In this document: positions 40,839-51,740 of the stretch, piece by piece
How the letters are laid out: each line of letters opens with the position of its first letter
Numbering within the stretch: the stretch's first letter is position 1
Assembly: GCA_963695345.1 (NCBI GenBank)
Contig: OY968769.1
Coordinates: forward strand, 32,001-96,000
Direction: 5' to 3'
Length of the DNA: 64,000 bases
DNA from: an uncultured Methanomassiliicoccales archaeon
GTDB lineage: Archaea > Thermoplasmatota > Thermoplasmata > Methanomassiliicoccales > UBA472
The notes under the pieces: model-generated
Told to the model about the DNA's origin: nothing
Databases searched by the model: none
What the model saw: the letters and a program-made list of their open reading frames with translations, nothing else
Position numbers and translations under genes: made by a program

Positions 40839-42446
40839 TCAAGCGTTCAATCGCGGCCCGATGAACTGGTAGACGATCAGGAACAGCACGAACAGGGCCA
40901 AGGCGATGGTTATCCTCGAGACGTACCTGGCCCTCTGCTCCTCGGTGGCGTTCTTCCTTATCTTCTGGACGAAAGCGTCCAGCCCGTCCTTGAACAGGAA
41001 CCCTCCGTCCAGCGGGACCGCCGGCAAAACGTTCGTCATGCCGACCATCAGGTTGATCCAGAACACCCAATAGAGGATGTTGGCGGTGATCCAGAACGCG
41101 TCCGCACCGAACGGAGCGACCAGGCCGGTCGGGTGGAACAGCTCGGTGACCGGGGACTGGACCGGTGCCAGCCCTACGAACGGGAGCGATATGAAGCGCA
41201 GGGTGTCGGTGATGAAGTCCCCCGGGCTCTGCATGTTCGCGTACGGCGAAGCAAGGCGCTGGGAGAGGACTTGGATATTGACCACGCCGGCGCCGAGGTA
41301 GGCGCTGTTGATGCCCATGAACCCATAGTCCGCGAATCCGGATGGGACCGACACGCCGGACGAACGCAGATACTCCGCCCGGCTGAGCAGAGTAACATTG
41401 TTGATGCTGCTGACGTTCTCGTAGGCCTGGGTGTCAGCGTGGTAGGACATCACCGTGATATTGACGGTCTGGCCTCCCTGGGTGTTGCGCAGGGCGACCC
41501 GGAGATCGTTCTCGTTGCGGACCGAGGTGTCGTTCAACGAGGAGATCAGCATGCCGGATTGTATGCCGACCAGGTTGGCCGGGTATCCCTTGGTCACGCT
41601 GGTGACCTGGACGCCCGAGACCAGGGAAGCGTTGTATTGGGTGCTCTTGTAGTAGTACGACAGACTTACCACGGAACCGGCATTGGGAGCGGTGGCGTTC
41701 TGCCAGGAATAGATGTCAGTGACCGGGGCGCCGTTCACCGATACCACCTGTGCTCCGAACTGGAGGTCGCTCATGGAGGCGATGCTGTTGTCGGCGACGG
41801 TCGCGACCACCGGCCCTTCCCGGACCGGCTCGACGGAGCTGAGCATGACCGACGAGAACAGGACGGCACAGATGACCGCCAGGATGATGTTGGTGCCCGG
41901 ACCGACCGCGTAGATGCTGGTGCGGCGCTTACGGTCCGACTTGGTGATGGCCTCCTCGTCCGGTTCCACGAACGCGCCGAGAGGGATGACCAGGAACACT
42001 ATGCCCAGCGATTTGATGTCCATCTTGCCGACGCGCGTCAGAATGCCGTGGGCGAACTCATGGACCACGACGGCGACGATCAGGCCGATGATGCCGTACC
42101 AGATGGGGATGATCGGGTTGAGGCCTGGTATGCCCAGTATCATCTCCGGCCCGGGTGCGGCGGACGCCGGTATCTTGGAGACCAGGGTCGCCTCCCAGAT
42201 CAGCAGCGCCATCATGAAGATGGCGACCGCCAGGCATATCCATTTGGCCGCCGCGGCGTAGAACAGCCAGAATCTCCTGAATTTGGAGAGCTTCTCGATG
42301 ACCTTCTTCCCGCCCTCGGTGCGCCACATCAGGAAGATCATCCCCTGAGTGAAGTGGTACTTGGCCAGTATGCCCCTCTTGTTCAGAAAGTAGATCAATG
42401 CGAAGTAGGCGATAACTACCAGCAAAACGATGACATATTCAATCAT
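40839..42446 (-). CDS. Site-2 protease (M50) with PDZ domains
   Basis: HEFAH, GAFVEP, GP.TN, N.LP..PLDGG. Confidence 0.95.
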   Translation of the reverse strand: MIEYVIVLLVVIAYFALIYFLNKRGILAKYHFTQGMIFLMWRTEGGKKVIEKLSKFRRFWLFYAAAAKWICLAVAIFMMALLIWEATLVSKIPASAAPGPEMILGIPGLNPIIPIWYGIIGLIVAVVVHEFAHGILTRVGKMDIKSLGIVFLVIPLGAFVEPDEEAITKSDRKRRTSIYAVGPGTNIILAVICAVLFSSVMLSSVEPVREGPVVATVADNSIASMSDLQFGAQVVSVNGAPVTDIYSWQNATAPNAGSVVSLSYYYKSTQYNASLVSGVQVTSVTKGYPANLVGIQSGMLISSLNDTSVRNENDLRVALRNTQGGQTVNITVMSYHADTQAYENVSSINNVTLLSRAEYLRSSGVSVPSGFADYGFMGINSAYLGAGVVNIQVLSQRLASPYANMQSPGDFITDTLRFISLPFVGLAPVQSPVTELFHPTGLVAPFGADAFWITANILYWVFWINLMVGMTNVLPAVPLDGGFLFKDGLDAFVQKIRKNATEEQRARYVSRITIALALFVLFLIVYQFIGPRLNA

Positions 42447-42517
42447 CCAGGCCCTCTGCCAGCACTAACGACCACGTGCTATAAAAAATCTCGTGGTTTT
42501 ATTTTGGGCCACGTCAT

Positions 42518-42895
42518 TTATTTTCTGGTCCAGCAGTCCTCGGGAACGTCGTCATAGGTGGCGGCGGCATCGTCCTTGTTGCGCGATGCCGGGTCCTCCT
42601 TCATGGCCATCCTCATGATCTGGTCGGTCTTCAGGACCCAGTAGTGGATGCGCCAGAGCTTCCCCTTCTTTAAATGGACCTCTTCCTGCCAGGTGGTAAG
42701 GAAACCTTCCTCTTCCAGCATATAGAAGACGTCCCGGTCTTCCGAAGTAAGTCGGTTGTCGATGGTCTGGTCGGTGAATCCGAAAAAGCTCATCAAATAC
42801 TCTGCCAATTTGTTGATGTCACTTTCGGACATGCCTTTCTTGCCCAAGGTGTTACCCAGAGCTAGGCAGACTTCGCTCATGCTCACGACCGTCAA
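42518..42895 (-). CDS. Conserved hypothetical protein (DUF6015-like)
   Basis: FFGF....IDN.L..EDRDVFYMLEEEG, G..WRIHYW; start uncertain. Confidence 0.75.
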   Translation of the reverse strand: MTVVSMSEVCLALGNTLGKKGMSESDINKLAEYLMSFFGFTDQTIDNRLTSEDRDVFYMLEEEGFLTTWQEEVHLKKGKLWRIHYWVLKTDQIMRMAMKEDPASRNKDDAAATYDDVPEDCWTRK

Positions 42896-42980
42896 TACGT
42901 TCCCCAGGCCTGATTGCGCTTCTGCAAAATAATACTTATGCAGGCTGGATGCGATTCTTGATAACACCCATCTAACGAAT

Positions 42981-43292
42981 CTAGGTTTTCTTCCATCTTC
43001 CGTCCCTGCCCCAGAGGGCTAGATACAGTAAGGCTTCGGCTATGACCATGGCGACCAGGATGATGATGGGGACCGAGACCGACAGCCCTGGTTCGACCAT
43101 CTGCCACACCTGCAGCAAGATGAAAGCGTCGACCATCAGGCAGCCGATGAAATACCAGTATCGGAGGTAGTCCCCCAGGAACCATCCCCTCCATCCCGGA
43201 TCGCGACGCATTACGACCGGCTTCAGACGATCCTCTGTCTCCTCGACCTCCGGAGGGGGGACCTTGACCGTGATCTTGCGCTTCGTCGCCAT
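42981..43292 (-). CDS. Small 2-TM membrane protein
   Basis: Two hydrophobic helices; directly downstream of oppF. Confidence 0.7.
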   Translation of the reverse strand: MATKRKITVKVPPPEVEETEDRLKPVVMRRDPGWRGWFLGDYLRYWYFIGCLMVDAFILLQVWQMVEPGLSVSVPIIILVAMVIAEALLYLALWGRDGRWKKT

Positions 43293-43301
43293 CGTCGCGA
43301 T

Positions 43302-44411
43302 TCACCGGAAGTGACAGGCGACAAAGTGCTCGCCACCTTTGTCTATCAGCTGCGGTTCCATCTCCTCGCAGATCGCCTCACGGTACCGACAACGGGTGTG
43401 GAACCGGCATCCAGAGGGCGGATTGGCCGGACTGGGCACGTCGCCGCTCAGGACGATCTTGTCCCGTTTCACTTCCGGGTCGGGTACCGGTATGACGCTG
43501 AGCAGAGCCTCGGTGTACGGATGCAGCGGCTTGCCGAACAGGTCCTCCTTTTTCGCCGACTCCACGATCTTTCCCAGGTACATGACGTTGACCCGGTCGC
43601 ACATGTACCGGATGGTGCTCAGGTCATGGGATATGAACAGATAGGTCAGGTTGAAGTCGGCCTGAAGGTCGTTCAGCATGTTCAGGATCTGGGCCTGCAC
43701 GGAGACGTCCAGCGCCGAGGTCGGCTCGTCCAGCACCACCAGGTCCGGGTTAAGCGCCAGGGCCCGGGCGATGCCGATCCTCTGCCTCTGGCCGCCACTG
43801 AACTCGTGCGGATAGCGGTACATGTGCTCCGGATTGAGACCGACATGCTCCAGCAGGGACTGGACCCGCTCGGTCAGCTCATCGCCGGTGGCGATACCGT
43901 GGACGTGCAGCGGTTCTCCCAGAGTGTCCCTGATCAGCATGCGGGGGTTCAATGAGGAGTACGGGTCCTGGAACACGATCTGCATCTCCCGGCGCAACCG
44001 CCGAAGATCGTCTGGTCTTCGTCTCGCGAGGGAATACTTGTCCCTTATCTCCTCAAGCTCTTCAATTTTAGGCGCTCTGTGGCTGCTCCAGCGGGAGGAT
44101 GATGCGCCGTTCTGTTCCAGCGCGGCCTCTTCCTCCTCCAGTTTGACCACCTTCGACCGGACCTCCGCCGGCATTTTGTAGTAGATATCCCCGTCCGTCG
44201 GTTTGGTGAGCATCAGCATGCATCTGCCGGTGGTGGTCTTCCCGCAACCGGATTCGCCGACCAGTCCGATGGTCTCCCCTTGCCTGATGAAGAAGTCGAT
44301 CCCGTCTATCGCCTTGACCGCTCCCACCTGCTTCTTGAGCAGCCCTCCCCGGAAAGCGAAATGCTTCTTCAATTGCCTGGCCTCGATCAAGATGTCATGG
44401 TCCGCCATCAT
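43302..44411 (-). CDS. oppF: Oligopeptide ABC transporter ATP-binding protein
   Basis: GESGCGKT, FSGGQRQR, DEPTSALD, oligo_HPY C-terminus. Confidence 0.93.
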   Translation of the reverse strand: MMADHDILIEARQLKKHFAFRGGLLKKQVGAVKAIDGIDFFIRQGETIGLVGESGCGKTTTGRCMLMLTKPTDGDIYYKMPAEVRSKVVKLEEEEAALEQNGASSSRWSSHRAPKIEELEEIRDKYSLARRRPDDLRRLRREMQIVFQDPYSSLNPRMLIRDTLGEPLHVHGIATGDELTERVQSLLEHVGLNPEHMYRYPHEFSGGQRQRIGIARALALNPDLVVLDEPTSALDVSVQAQILNMLNDLQADFNLTYLFISHDLSTIRYMCDRVNVMYLGKIVESAKKEDLFGKPLHPYTEALLSVIPVPDPEVKRDKIVLSGDVPSPANPPSGCRFHTRCRYREAICEEMEPQLIDKGGEHFVACHFR

Positions 44412-45937
44412 TCCACCCCGTTATAGAGGAAGCAGGCCACGAAATGTCCTGGCCTGACCTCGGTCAGTTCGGGTTTCTTGGCCTTGCAGTTCTGCATCGC
44501 GTAGGGACATCGTGGATGGAAACGGCATCCCGAGGGCGGTTTGACCAGATTGGGGACGCTTCCTTCGATGGTTTCCAGCCTTCCCATGTCGACATTCACC
44601 CTCGGGATGGAGTTCATGAGACCCTGGGTATAGGGGTGGAGCGGTTCCTTGAATATCTCCCGGTTGGTTCCGATCTCGGCAATGGTACCGGCATACATCA
44701 CGCCCACCCGGTCGCAGATCTCCGCCACTACCCCGAGATTGTGGGTTATCATCAGGATGGAGGTTCCGGTCTCCTCCTGCAGATCCTTCATTAGCTTGAG
44801 TATCTGGGCCTGTATGGTCACGTCCAACGCGGTGGTGGGTTCGTCGGCGACGAGCAGGTGGGGTTTGCAGGCCAGCGCCATGGCGATCATCACCCGCTGC
44901 TGCATTCCGCCGGATAGCTCATGCGGATAGGAGCCGACGACATACTCGGGGTCAGGGATGCGTACCAGCCGGAGCATCCGTTCCGCGCGGTCCAGCGCCT
45001 CGGCCTTCATGGGCAGTTCGAAACGGCGGACTATCGGAATCTTCGCCATCAGCCGATAGGACCGCCGGTCCGGGTTCTTGGCCATGTTCTTGTACAGTCC
45101 CCGATACAGACGGTATTCAAAGCCGGATATCGATCTGGTCCGCCTACTGTGGAAGCTTCCGCCGCAGTAAGGGCAGGTCAAGGCACCTTCGGTCAGGACC
45201 GCATGGCAATTTGAGCATACGTCTTCGTTCTTGTCGTTCTTCTCTTTGCTCACTTTCTTGTACTGGTCGACCTTCTTGATCCCTTCCTCGATCTTGTCCA
45301 ACGCGCTCTCGCAGAGCGACTTCTTCTCGTGAAGCAGGAGAACCTCGGAGATCTGGTCCCCCACCTTATACACTGGATTGAGAGCGCTCATGGGCTCCTG
45401 GAATATCATGGAGATGTATTTTCCCCGGATCTTCTGCATGTAGTCCTTGCCTCTTTTCAGGAGGTCGTACCTGGATTCGAGCTGGAGCAGTTCGGCCTTG
45501 AGGTCCTTCACTTTTTGGTCTTCCGGACTGACCTTCGCTTTCTGCAGTGACCCGAGCTCGTCGGTTATCTGCTTGCGTCTTGCCAGCTCCTTCAGGTCCT
45601 TCTCGATCCGAACCAGCTGTGGATCGTCTTTGGAGGCGGTGGGGTGCGACCCCAGGTATCCGGCCTTGGCATCCTCCATCGCCTGGATCGATTCGTCATT
45701 GGCCAGGGGTTTCATGAAATAGATCTGCCCCTTCTCTATTCGACCAGGTGGCTGGGGGATAAGCCTCATCACGGTGTTGGCGGTGACGCTCTTGCCGCAG
45801 CCGGTCTCGCCCACCAGACCAAGGGTCTCTCCCTCATAGATCGTCAGGTTGATCCCGTCCAGGGCTCTGACGATTCCCGCCTGGGTGTAGAAATTCACGT
45901 AGATGTCCTTGATCTCGATCATCGCATCTTTGGACAT
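44408..45937 (-). CDS. oppD: Oligopeptide ABC transporter ATP-binding protein with large insertions
   Basis: [27 protein letters not shown]; two insertions, one with CxxC..CPxC. Confidence 0.92.
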   Translation of the reverse strand: MSKDAMIEIKDIYVNFYTQAGIVRALDGINLTIYEGETLGLVGETGCGKSVTANTVMRLIPQPPGRIEKGQIYFMKPLANDESIQAMEDAKAGYLGSHPTASKDDPQLVRIEKDLKELARRKQITDELGSLQKAKVSPEDQKVKDLKAELLQLESRYDLLKRGKDYMQKIRGKYISMIFQEPMSALNPVYKVGDQISEVLLLHEKKSLCESALDKIEEGIKKVDQYKKVSKEKNDKNEDVCSNCHAVLTEGALTCPYCGGSFHSRRTRSISGFEYRLYRGLYKNMAKNPDRRSYRLMAKIPIVRRFELPMKAEALDRAERMLRLVRIPDPEYVVGSYPHELSGGMQQRVMIAMALACKPHLLVADEPTTALDVTIQAQILKLMKDLQEETGTSILMITHNLGVVAEICDRVGVMYAGTIAEIGTNREIFKEPLHPYTQGLMNSIPRVNVDMGRLETIEGSVPNLVKPPSGCRFHPRCPYAMQNCKAKKPELTEVRPGHFVACFLYNGVE

Positions 45938-45941
45938 TCAT

Positions 45942-47033
45942 TCACCTCCTCATCCGCGGGTCCAATATGTCTCTCAGAGAATCACCCAGGAGGCTGAATC
46001 CCATGACGAACATGAAAATGAATCCAGCTGGGAAAACCCATGCCCAGTACGGGTTGTACAATGTCCCATTCGGGAAGGGATAGGGGATCTGGGAGAACAT
46101 CATCTGTGAGCCGGCGGAGACCATCCTCCCCCACTCGCAGAGACCCGGGGTGGAGAATCCGATGAAGGATAGCGCGGCGGCCACCAGGACCACGGTACCG
46201 AAGTCCATGGTTATGGAAACAGTGAGCGGGGATATTGTGTTGGGGACGATGTGACGGAACAATATCCTGTTCTTTTTTGCGCCGATGGCACGAGCCGCCT
46301 CCACGTAGGTCGACTCCTTGATAGAGAGGACCTGCCCGCGTATCAATCTCGCATACGACGGCCACCACGTTATCACCAAAGCCAGAATGATGAATTCCAA
46401 TGATTTGCCCAATATCGCGACTATGCCAAGTGCCAGGATAAGGGAGGGTATCGAGAGGAAGACATCGGTCATCCTCATCAGTATCTCATCCAGGACCCCG
46501 CCATAGTAACCGGCGATGGCGCCGACCACCACTCCAATGATCGCGGCGATTCCGACGATCGCCAACGCGATGTAGATCGAGGTCCTTGCTCCCCAGATCG
46601 TCCCGTAGTAGACGTCCTCACCGGACTGGCCAGTACCCCAGACGAAGTTCACGTGTTTGCCCATTGATGATGCCCGTGGCTCCTGGAGGTTTGGCGGTGA
46701 GAGATCGAAGCGATTGATTATCGGATCTGGCTGGGCATTGCCCGACAATGGAGGTGCCAGCCATGGTGCCGCGACGGCAATGAATACGATCGACAGAATG
46801 AGGGCTAGACCAAATATCCCCAACGGATTCTTCCTGAAGACCCTTATGTAATTCTTGAACTCCCTGAGCCGAGGGCGCAATCTGTTGTACGTCTTAGACT
46901 TAAGGGTCTGTTTTTGCCTTATGTCATCGATTGGAACGCAGACCGGTTTTTCCATATCGGCGATTATTGTTTGGTCTTTGTGGCCGCCAGCGGTTCCGTC
47001 TAGTTTCTCCTTCTCATCCTTCTTGAACAGCAT
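45942..47033 (-). CDS. oppC: Oligopeptide ABC transporter permease
   Basis: GARTS, YVEAARAIGA EAA loop, RDILDP. Confidence 0.92.
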   Translation of the reverse strand: MLFKKDEKEKLDGTAGGHKDQTIIADMEKPVCVPIDDIRQKQTLKSKTYNRLRPRLREFKNYIRVFRKNPLGIFGLALILSIVFIAVAAPWLAPPLSGNAQPDPIINRFDLSPPNLQEPRASSMGKHVNFVWGTGQSGEDVYYGTIWGARTSIYIALAIVGIAAIIGVVVGAIAGYYGGVLDEILMRMTDVFLSIPSLILALGIVAILGKSLEFIILALVITWWPSYARLIRGQVLSIKESTYVEAARAIGAKKNRILFRHIVPNTISPLTVSITMDFGTVVLVAAALSFIGFSTPGLCEWGRMVSAGSQMMFSQIPYPFPNGTLYNPYWAWVFPAGFIFMFVMGFSLLGDSLRDILDPRMRR

Positions 47034-47038
47034 TTGGC

Positions 47039-48067
47039 TCACTCCAGCTTGACCCGCGGGTCCAGGTAGACATACGATAGGTCGACGATAAGATTCGCCA
47101 GGACGAATATGATCGACGTGAACAGAACGAATCCCATGATCGAGGCGGAGTCGAACGTAACCATTGCCCGGGTGGACCACGATCCTAGGCCTGGCCAGGC
47201 GAATATGGTTTCTGTAAGGACCGCGCCGGACAACAGTCCGCCGAACATCATACCCACGACGGTCGTGGTCGGTATCAACGCGTTGCGTCTCGCGTGCTTC
47301 TTCAGTACCACCCTTTCAGGCAGCCCCTTGGAACGGGCGGTCTTCACGTAATCCAGGTTCATTACCTCCAGCATAGAGGATCGCATCAGGCGAGTGATCA
47401 CCGCCAACGAGCTGAAGCTCAGCGCCACTGCCGGCAGAATCAAGTGCTTCAGTGCGTCCAAGAACATCGTCAGGTTGCCGTTCAATAACGAATCGATCAA
47501 GAAGAATCCGGTATAATAGTGCCAACCTGAGGAATACTGGATGAACAGCACATCGTCAAATCGACCAGCCGCCGGCAACAAGTGAAAACTGAAATAGAAA
47601 ACGTATTGCAATAGCAACGCCAGCACGAATATGGGGAGGGAGACTCCGACCAGAGCAAGGACCCGGGTTGAGTGATCGATCGGCCTATCCCTCCTTACGG
47701 CCGACAGGGTACCGAGGAATATGCCCAAAGGAACGGTGATGAAAATGCTGACGAGGGTAAGTTCGAATGTCGCGGGAAAGAAATACAGTATGGTATCAAG
47801 GACCGGGCGGTCCCCGTTGGTAGCTGCCAAGCCCCAGTTTCCTTGGATAACTTGACCAAGCCAAGACAAGTATTGGGTCAGGATGTCATCGTTCAGATGC
47901 AGCATCTGGCGGATCGCTTCCTTTTGAGCCAACGTCATGTTATGGCTGTAGTACATCGCCCCTGGATCCCCTCCAAGCCGCGTCAGAGTGAAAACAACGA
48001 CGGTGATTCCCAGTAGGACAGGTATCAGGAGAAGGATTCTGCGAAGGATGTAGGTTCGCATTTTCAC
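47039..48067 (-). CDS. oppB: Oligopeptide ABC transporter permease
   Basis: YILRRI, PATFEL, DYVKTARSKGL, ETIFAWPGLG, LDPRV. Confidence 0.94.
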   Translation of the reverse strand: MKMRTYILRRILLLIPVLLGITVVVFTLTRLGGDPGAMYYSHNMTLAQKEAIRQMLHLNDDILTQYLSWLGQVIQGNWGLAATNGDRPVLDTILYFFPATFELTLVSIFITVPLGIFLGTLSAVRRDRPIDHSTRVLALVGVSLPIFVLALLLQYVFYFSFHLLPAAGRFDDVLFIQYSSGWHYYTGFFLIDSLLNGNLTMFLDALKHLILPAVALSFSSLAVITRLMRSSMLEVMNLDYVKTARSKGLPERVVLKKHARRNALIPTTTVVGMMFGGLLSGAVLTETIFAWPGLGSWSTRAMVTFDSASIMGFVLFTSIIFVLANLIVDLSYVYLDPRVKLE

Positions 48068-48218
48068 GGCGACATCACCCTTTGTTCATCCATATCATAC
48101 TATTAAAGCGTTATCTAAATTTATTAGCATCTGGCTAATGAAAAAATGATATGGGTCAAACTGATTGATAATATAAAAAGAAAAATTTAGAAAAGGTTTG
48201 GTCCGACCCTCCTCGATC

Positions 48219-50651
48219 TTAGGACTTCGAGAAGTGATAATAGATCTGTTCCGAGTACATTGGGTTGAAGATGTACCCTTTCACCCATGTCCTTTCCGCG
48301 TGGAAGTTGGTCGCTATGTCCGTGTAGATGTATATCGCATTCTCGTATGCGGATAAGGATATCTCCGCATACATCTCGCCCCTCTTGGTCTGATTCAGTT
48401 CCTGTGAGGCTGCGATAATCAAGGCATCTAACGTGTCGTTATGTAGACCAAGCGGCCCACCATATATACCGGTCGACAACAGGAATGGCTGTACATAGTC
48501 GTCGGCGTCGGCGTAGTCCGGCATCCATCCCAGGTAGAACAACGGCATATTGCCAGCATCGTTGGCGTTATTGAACGCTGACCATTCCATCGAATTGACA
48601 TTGACGACGATACGGTGGGTAGAGTCCTTCGACGCATTCTCCAGAGCGGCCTTCATCATTAGGCAACCAGCCATACGGTTGGTGTTGTCGGCGTTGTAGT
48701 ACATCTCGATGGTGAACCCATTGTCCCAATAGGAACCGGTGTGCCCTGGTCGCGTGTCATTGGCCAGTTTCAGCTCGGCGACAATCGTATCTGGGTCGTA
48801 CATCTGGTAGGGCGTATCGTTCGTCCATCCGAACATTCCATTGGGAATAACGCTGTTCGGTTGGACCGCTGCACCCTGCAGGACATCCCTTATGTATTTC
48901 TGGTCGTCGAATGCCGCCACGAATGCTTTCCTCAAGTGTATGTCACTGAAGAAGTTGGCAGGTATGTCGCCAATGGCCAAGTTCGGGTCGACGGTGATGT
49001 TCTGGGTCAGACCGATGAAACCGATATTGTATGTGGTCAAGCCCTCGACTATCCTTACATCCGCCCTGTTCCTGACGTCATTGCGGTATTCGGCATTCAC
49101 TGCGATCATGTCAGCATCGCCGCTGAACAGCAACATCTCTCGGGTGGCCTGGCTGCTGATCTGCTTGATCAGGACATGCGCCAACTTGGCTGGTCCTTGC
49201 CAATAGTCGTCGAACCGGTCCAGCCTGATGTACTGCTTCTGTGCCCAGTCGGCCAATTTGAACGGTCCGGTACCCATTATATGGGTGCTCAGATAGGTCG
49301 TCCTGACCCCGAACTGGTCTCCCTGGGGCATGTTCGCCTGGACCCAGGCCTTCTCGGTAACCGAGGCGACCGTATAAGCAAGCCCCTGGATGAACGCAGG
49401 GTATTTGATCGCCAGGTGGAACGTCACGGTCATGTTCGTGTTGTCATAGCTGACGCAGTCATTGATCAATGCGCTGTCGATCGCCACTCCGTTCACATAT
49501 CCCGGGATCAACGCCTGACCCAGGATCCAGCTCGGGGCTCCGAGGTGATTGATCTTCAATGTCCTCTGGATCGAGAATGCCACATCCTCGGGGGTCATGA
49601 CGTTCCCATCGTGGAACTTGACACCAGAGCGGATATGGAAGGTCCAGTTCAGTCCGTCCTCCGATATTCCCCCGTTCTCTACTGTCGGAATCACAGTTGC
49701 CAGAACTGGAATCAGATCGGTCGTGCTCGAACCGTTGTAGAACACCAATGTCTCATAGCAGTTCTGGAGGATCTCATTTCCAGCTGATTCGTAGTCTACC
49801 GCCGGGTCAAGCCATCTGGCATCGCCGTAGGTGGCCACAACAAAGGTATCGGGGTTCTTGACACCTGTGGACATGTCGAGGTCCTTCGGGAGCATTACGA
49901 TCGTTATAGCATACTGTGCTATGGGCGCTTCGGCATGCTTACTCTCAACACCCATGAGAACGGTATAAACGACCCCGTCTCCGGTGAAGGTGTGGTTCTG
50001 AGCACTGGCTGTGGAATAGGTACCAGTAACGAGCGCAGATCCGTCTCCAAACCACCACGTCATGTTTGCTATGTCTGCTTTGGTCAAGACGACCGCGTAG
50101 CCGCTTGCCCCTAGGTCATTTCCCCAGGCTGCTGAGGAAGATCCATCGAACGCAACGGATGCGCCGGTCTTCATGGACGTAACATTTGCCGCTGCGAACG
50201 CGTATGGCCGAGTGGCGTTTGCGACGTCCTTGGCCGGTGTCGTCTGGGGATATGTCACATCCAGAGCGATCAAGCTCTTCCAGTTCGTTCCGCTGTTGCC
50301 TTTATCGTCCTTCACGGTCAACAGTACCAGATACTTACCGGCCATTGTATATTGATGGGTAGTAGAAGGGCCTGTATATCCAAACGTACCGTCACCGAAG
50401 TTCCAAGTATAGTTGTTGATCGTTCCTGTAGCCTTGCTCGCAGCGCCGTTGAAAGTAACGGTCTCAGAAGTCGTTGCGACTGATCGATCCGCTGTCGCTG
50501 ACGCTGTTGCACTTCCCGTTCCTCCAGTGAGGACCAAAGCCGCTCCGATCGCCACGACAAGCAAGATCACGACAACAACAATCGCAATCAATTTTGTACG
50601 GGATTTCTTCGGGCTCTCCTCAATGGGAGGCGATCCAGATGAACCTTCCAT
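48219..50651 (-). CDS. oppA: ABC family-5 substrate-binding protein with N-terminal TM anchor and PKD domains
   Basis: WNFGDG / WWFGDG PKD motifs, LDPA..YE, FHDG..MTPEDV, GTGPF, GW.PDY. Confidence 0.9.
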   Translation of the reverse strand: MEGSSGSPPIEESPKKSRTKLIAIVVVVILLVVAIGAALVLTGGTGSATASATADRSVATTSETVTFNGAASKATGTINNYTWNFGDGTFGYTGPSTTHQYTMAGKYLVLLTVKDDKGNSGTNWKSLIALDVTYPQTTPAKDVANATRPYAFAAANVTSMKTGASVAFDGSSSAAWGNDLGASGYAVVLTKADIANMTWWFGDGSALVTGTYSTASAQNHTFTGDGVVYTVLMGVESKHAEAPIAQYAITIVMLPKDLDMSTGVKNPDTFVVATYGDARWLDPAVDYESAGNEILQNCYETLVFYNGSSTTDLIPVLATVIPTVENGGISEDGLNWTFHIRSGVKFHDGNVMTPEDVAFSIQRTLKINHLGAPSWILGQALIPGYVNGVAIDSALINDCVSYDNTNMTVTFHLAIKYPAFIQGLAYTVASVTEKAWVQANMPQGDQFGVRTTYLSTHIMGTGPFKLADWAQKQYIRLDRFDDYWQGPAKLAHVLIKQISSQATREMLLFSGDADMIAVNAEYRNDVRNRADVRIVEGLTTYNIGFIGLTQNITVDPNLAIGDIPANFFSDIHLRKAFVAAFDDQKYIRDVLQGAAVQPNSVIPNGMFGWTNDTPYQMYDPDTIVAELKLANDTRPGHTGSYWDNGFTIEMYYNADNTNRMAGCLMMKAALENASKDSTHRIVVNVNSMEWSAFNNANDAGNMPLFYLGWMPDYADADDYVQPFLLSTGIYGGPLGLHNDTLDALIIAASQELNQTKRGEMYAEISLSAYENAIYIYTDIATNFHAERTWVKGYIFNPMYSEQIYYHFSKS

Positions 50652-51065
50652 ATGCTTTCCTCCTTTCTCCCATAACAAAACAATCGGGAGATTGACATTT
50701 GATAACAGTTTGAAGCTATTTATAGCTTATCAGTTTTGATAATAAGCGTTTTCTGTTATCCAGTATCCGAAATATGTGCTTAACGATTTCAATTGTGTAT
50801 TTAAATGGCAGTTTTCTCTTTATCAAAAGGAATAATGACACTTTGCACCAAATATTCAATATAAAGCAACAAAACGTCCAAATTATTGGATATAGCATCG
50901 GTTGCATTGGAAAGCGCTTATGAGAATGTTTATATATTAGAATACTCCGGACCAATCGTTATTCTCCCAATTGTAACCTGCTCGGTACATATCGGTTTTT
51001 TTCAGGAAATGAACCTCATTCATGACCGGTTTGATACAATCCTATTGTTGTCAATGTGAAAAGCA

Positions 51066-51731
51066 TCACAGATATTCCATGAGAAGGTCGTCCTTATTGA
51101 CCAATTGTTCGATCAAGCGTTCGGCCCATCTCAATTTCTTGGCCTTGGTCACGATCGATGAACCTTCCTTGACCCTTGGGCGGACCAGGTCGAATCCGAT
51201 GAGCCTTATGTTGTGCGTTCCGAAATGTGCGGCCAAGGCTACTGCCCTGTCACCGTCGGTGAACCCGCCGAAATTCCTGACGGTAGCAAACGGTGTGGAC
51301 TGGGTCGTCAGGACCGCACACCCCTTGACTAAAGGTATGTAACGACGGATTGCCTCGATGTTGTCCCCGTGGGCATGGATGACCATGGTGGCCCCCCCTT
51401 CATTCGCCGACAGGTCCGTCGCGACATCTCCGTCCAGATCGGTGACCACGAAGTCGGGGACCGTGCCTTCATCCAGCAGCAATGCGGTGCCGATCCCCAC
51501 CGTCAGCGTGGTCCCTTTGAGCAGATCAGTGAGCCGGCCTCCGTTCTTCGACGGTCCGGCGATGATCGTGGCGCAGCTTCCGAACATCCCGGTCAGGCAG
51601 ACATCGTCGCATTGGGGGATGTCCGAGGCCAGGGCGGACAGTATTCGCGCCGCCCTCTCGTCCTCCTCCCTGGAGTAGCCGAAATCATCGATGATCTGTT
51701 CGTAGACCGGTTCCCAGTCCTTGAACCCCAT
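51066..51731 (-). CDS. mptE: 6-hydroxymethyl-7,8-dihydropterin pyrophosphokinase (DUF115)
   Basis: VTDLDG, HAHGDN, NFGGFTDGDRA, KKL.WA. Confidence 0.9.
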   Translation of the reverse strand: MGFKDWEPVYEQIIDDFGYSREEDERAARILSALASDIPQCDDVCLTGMFGSCATIIAGPSKNGGRLTDLLKGTTLTVGIGTALLLDEGTVPDFVVTDLDGDVATDLSANEGGATMVIHAHGDNIEAIRRYIPLVKGCAVLTTQSTPFATVRNFGGFTDGDRAVALAAHFGTHNIRLIGFDLVRPRVKEGSSIVTKAKKLRWAERLIEQLVNKDDLLMEYL

Positions 51732-51740
51732 CCTTCTCCC

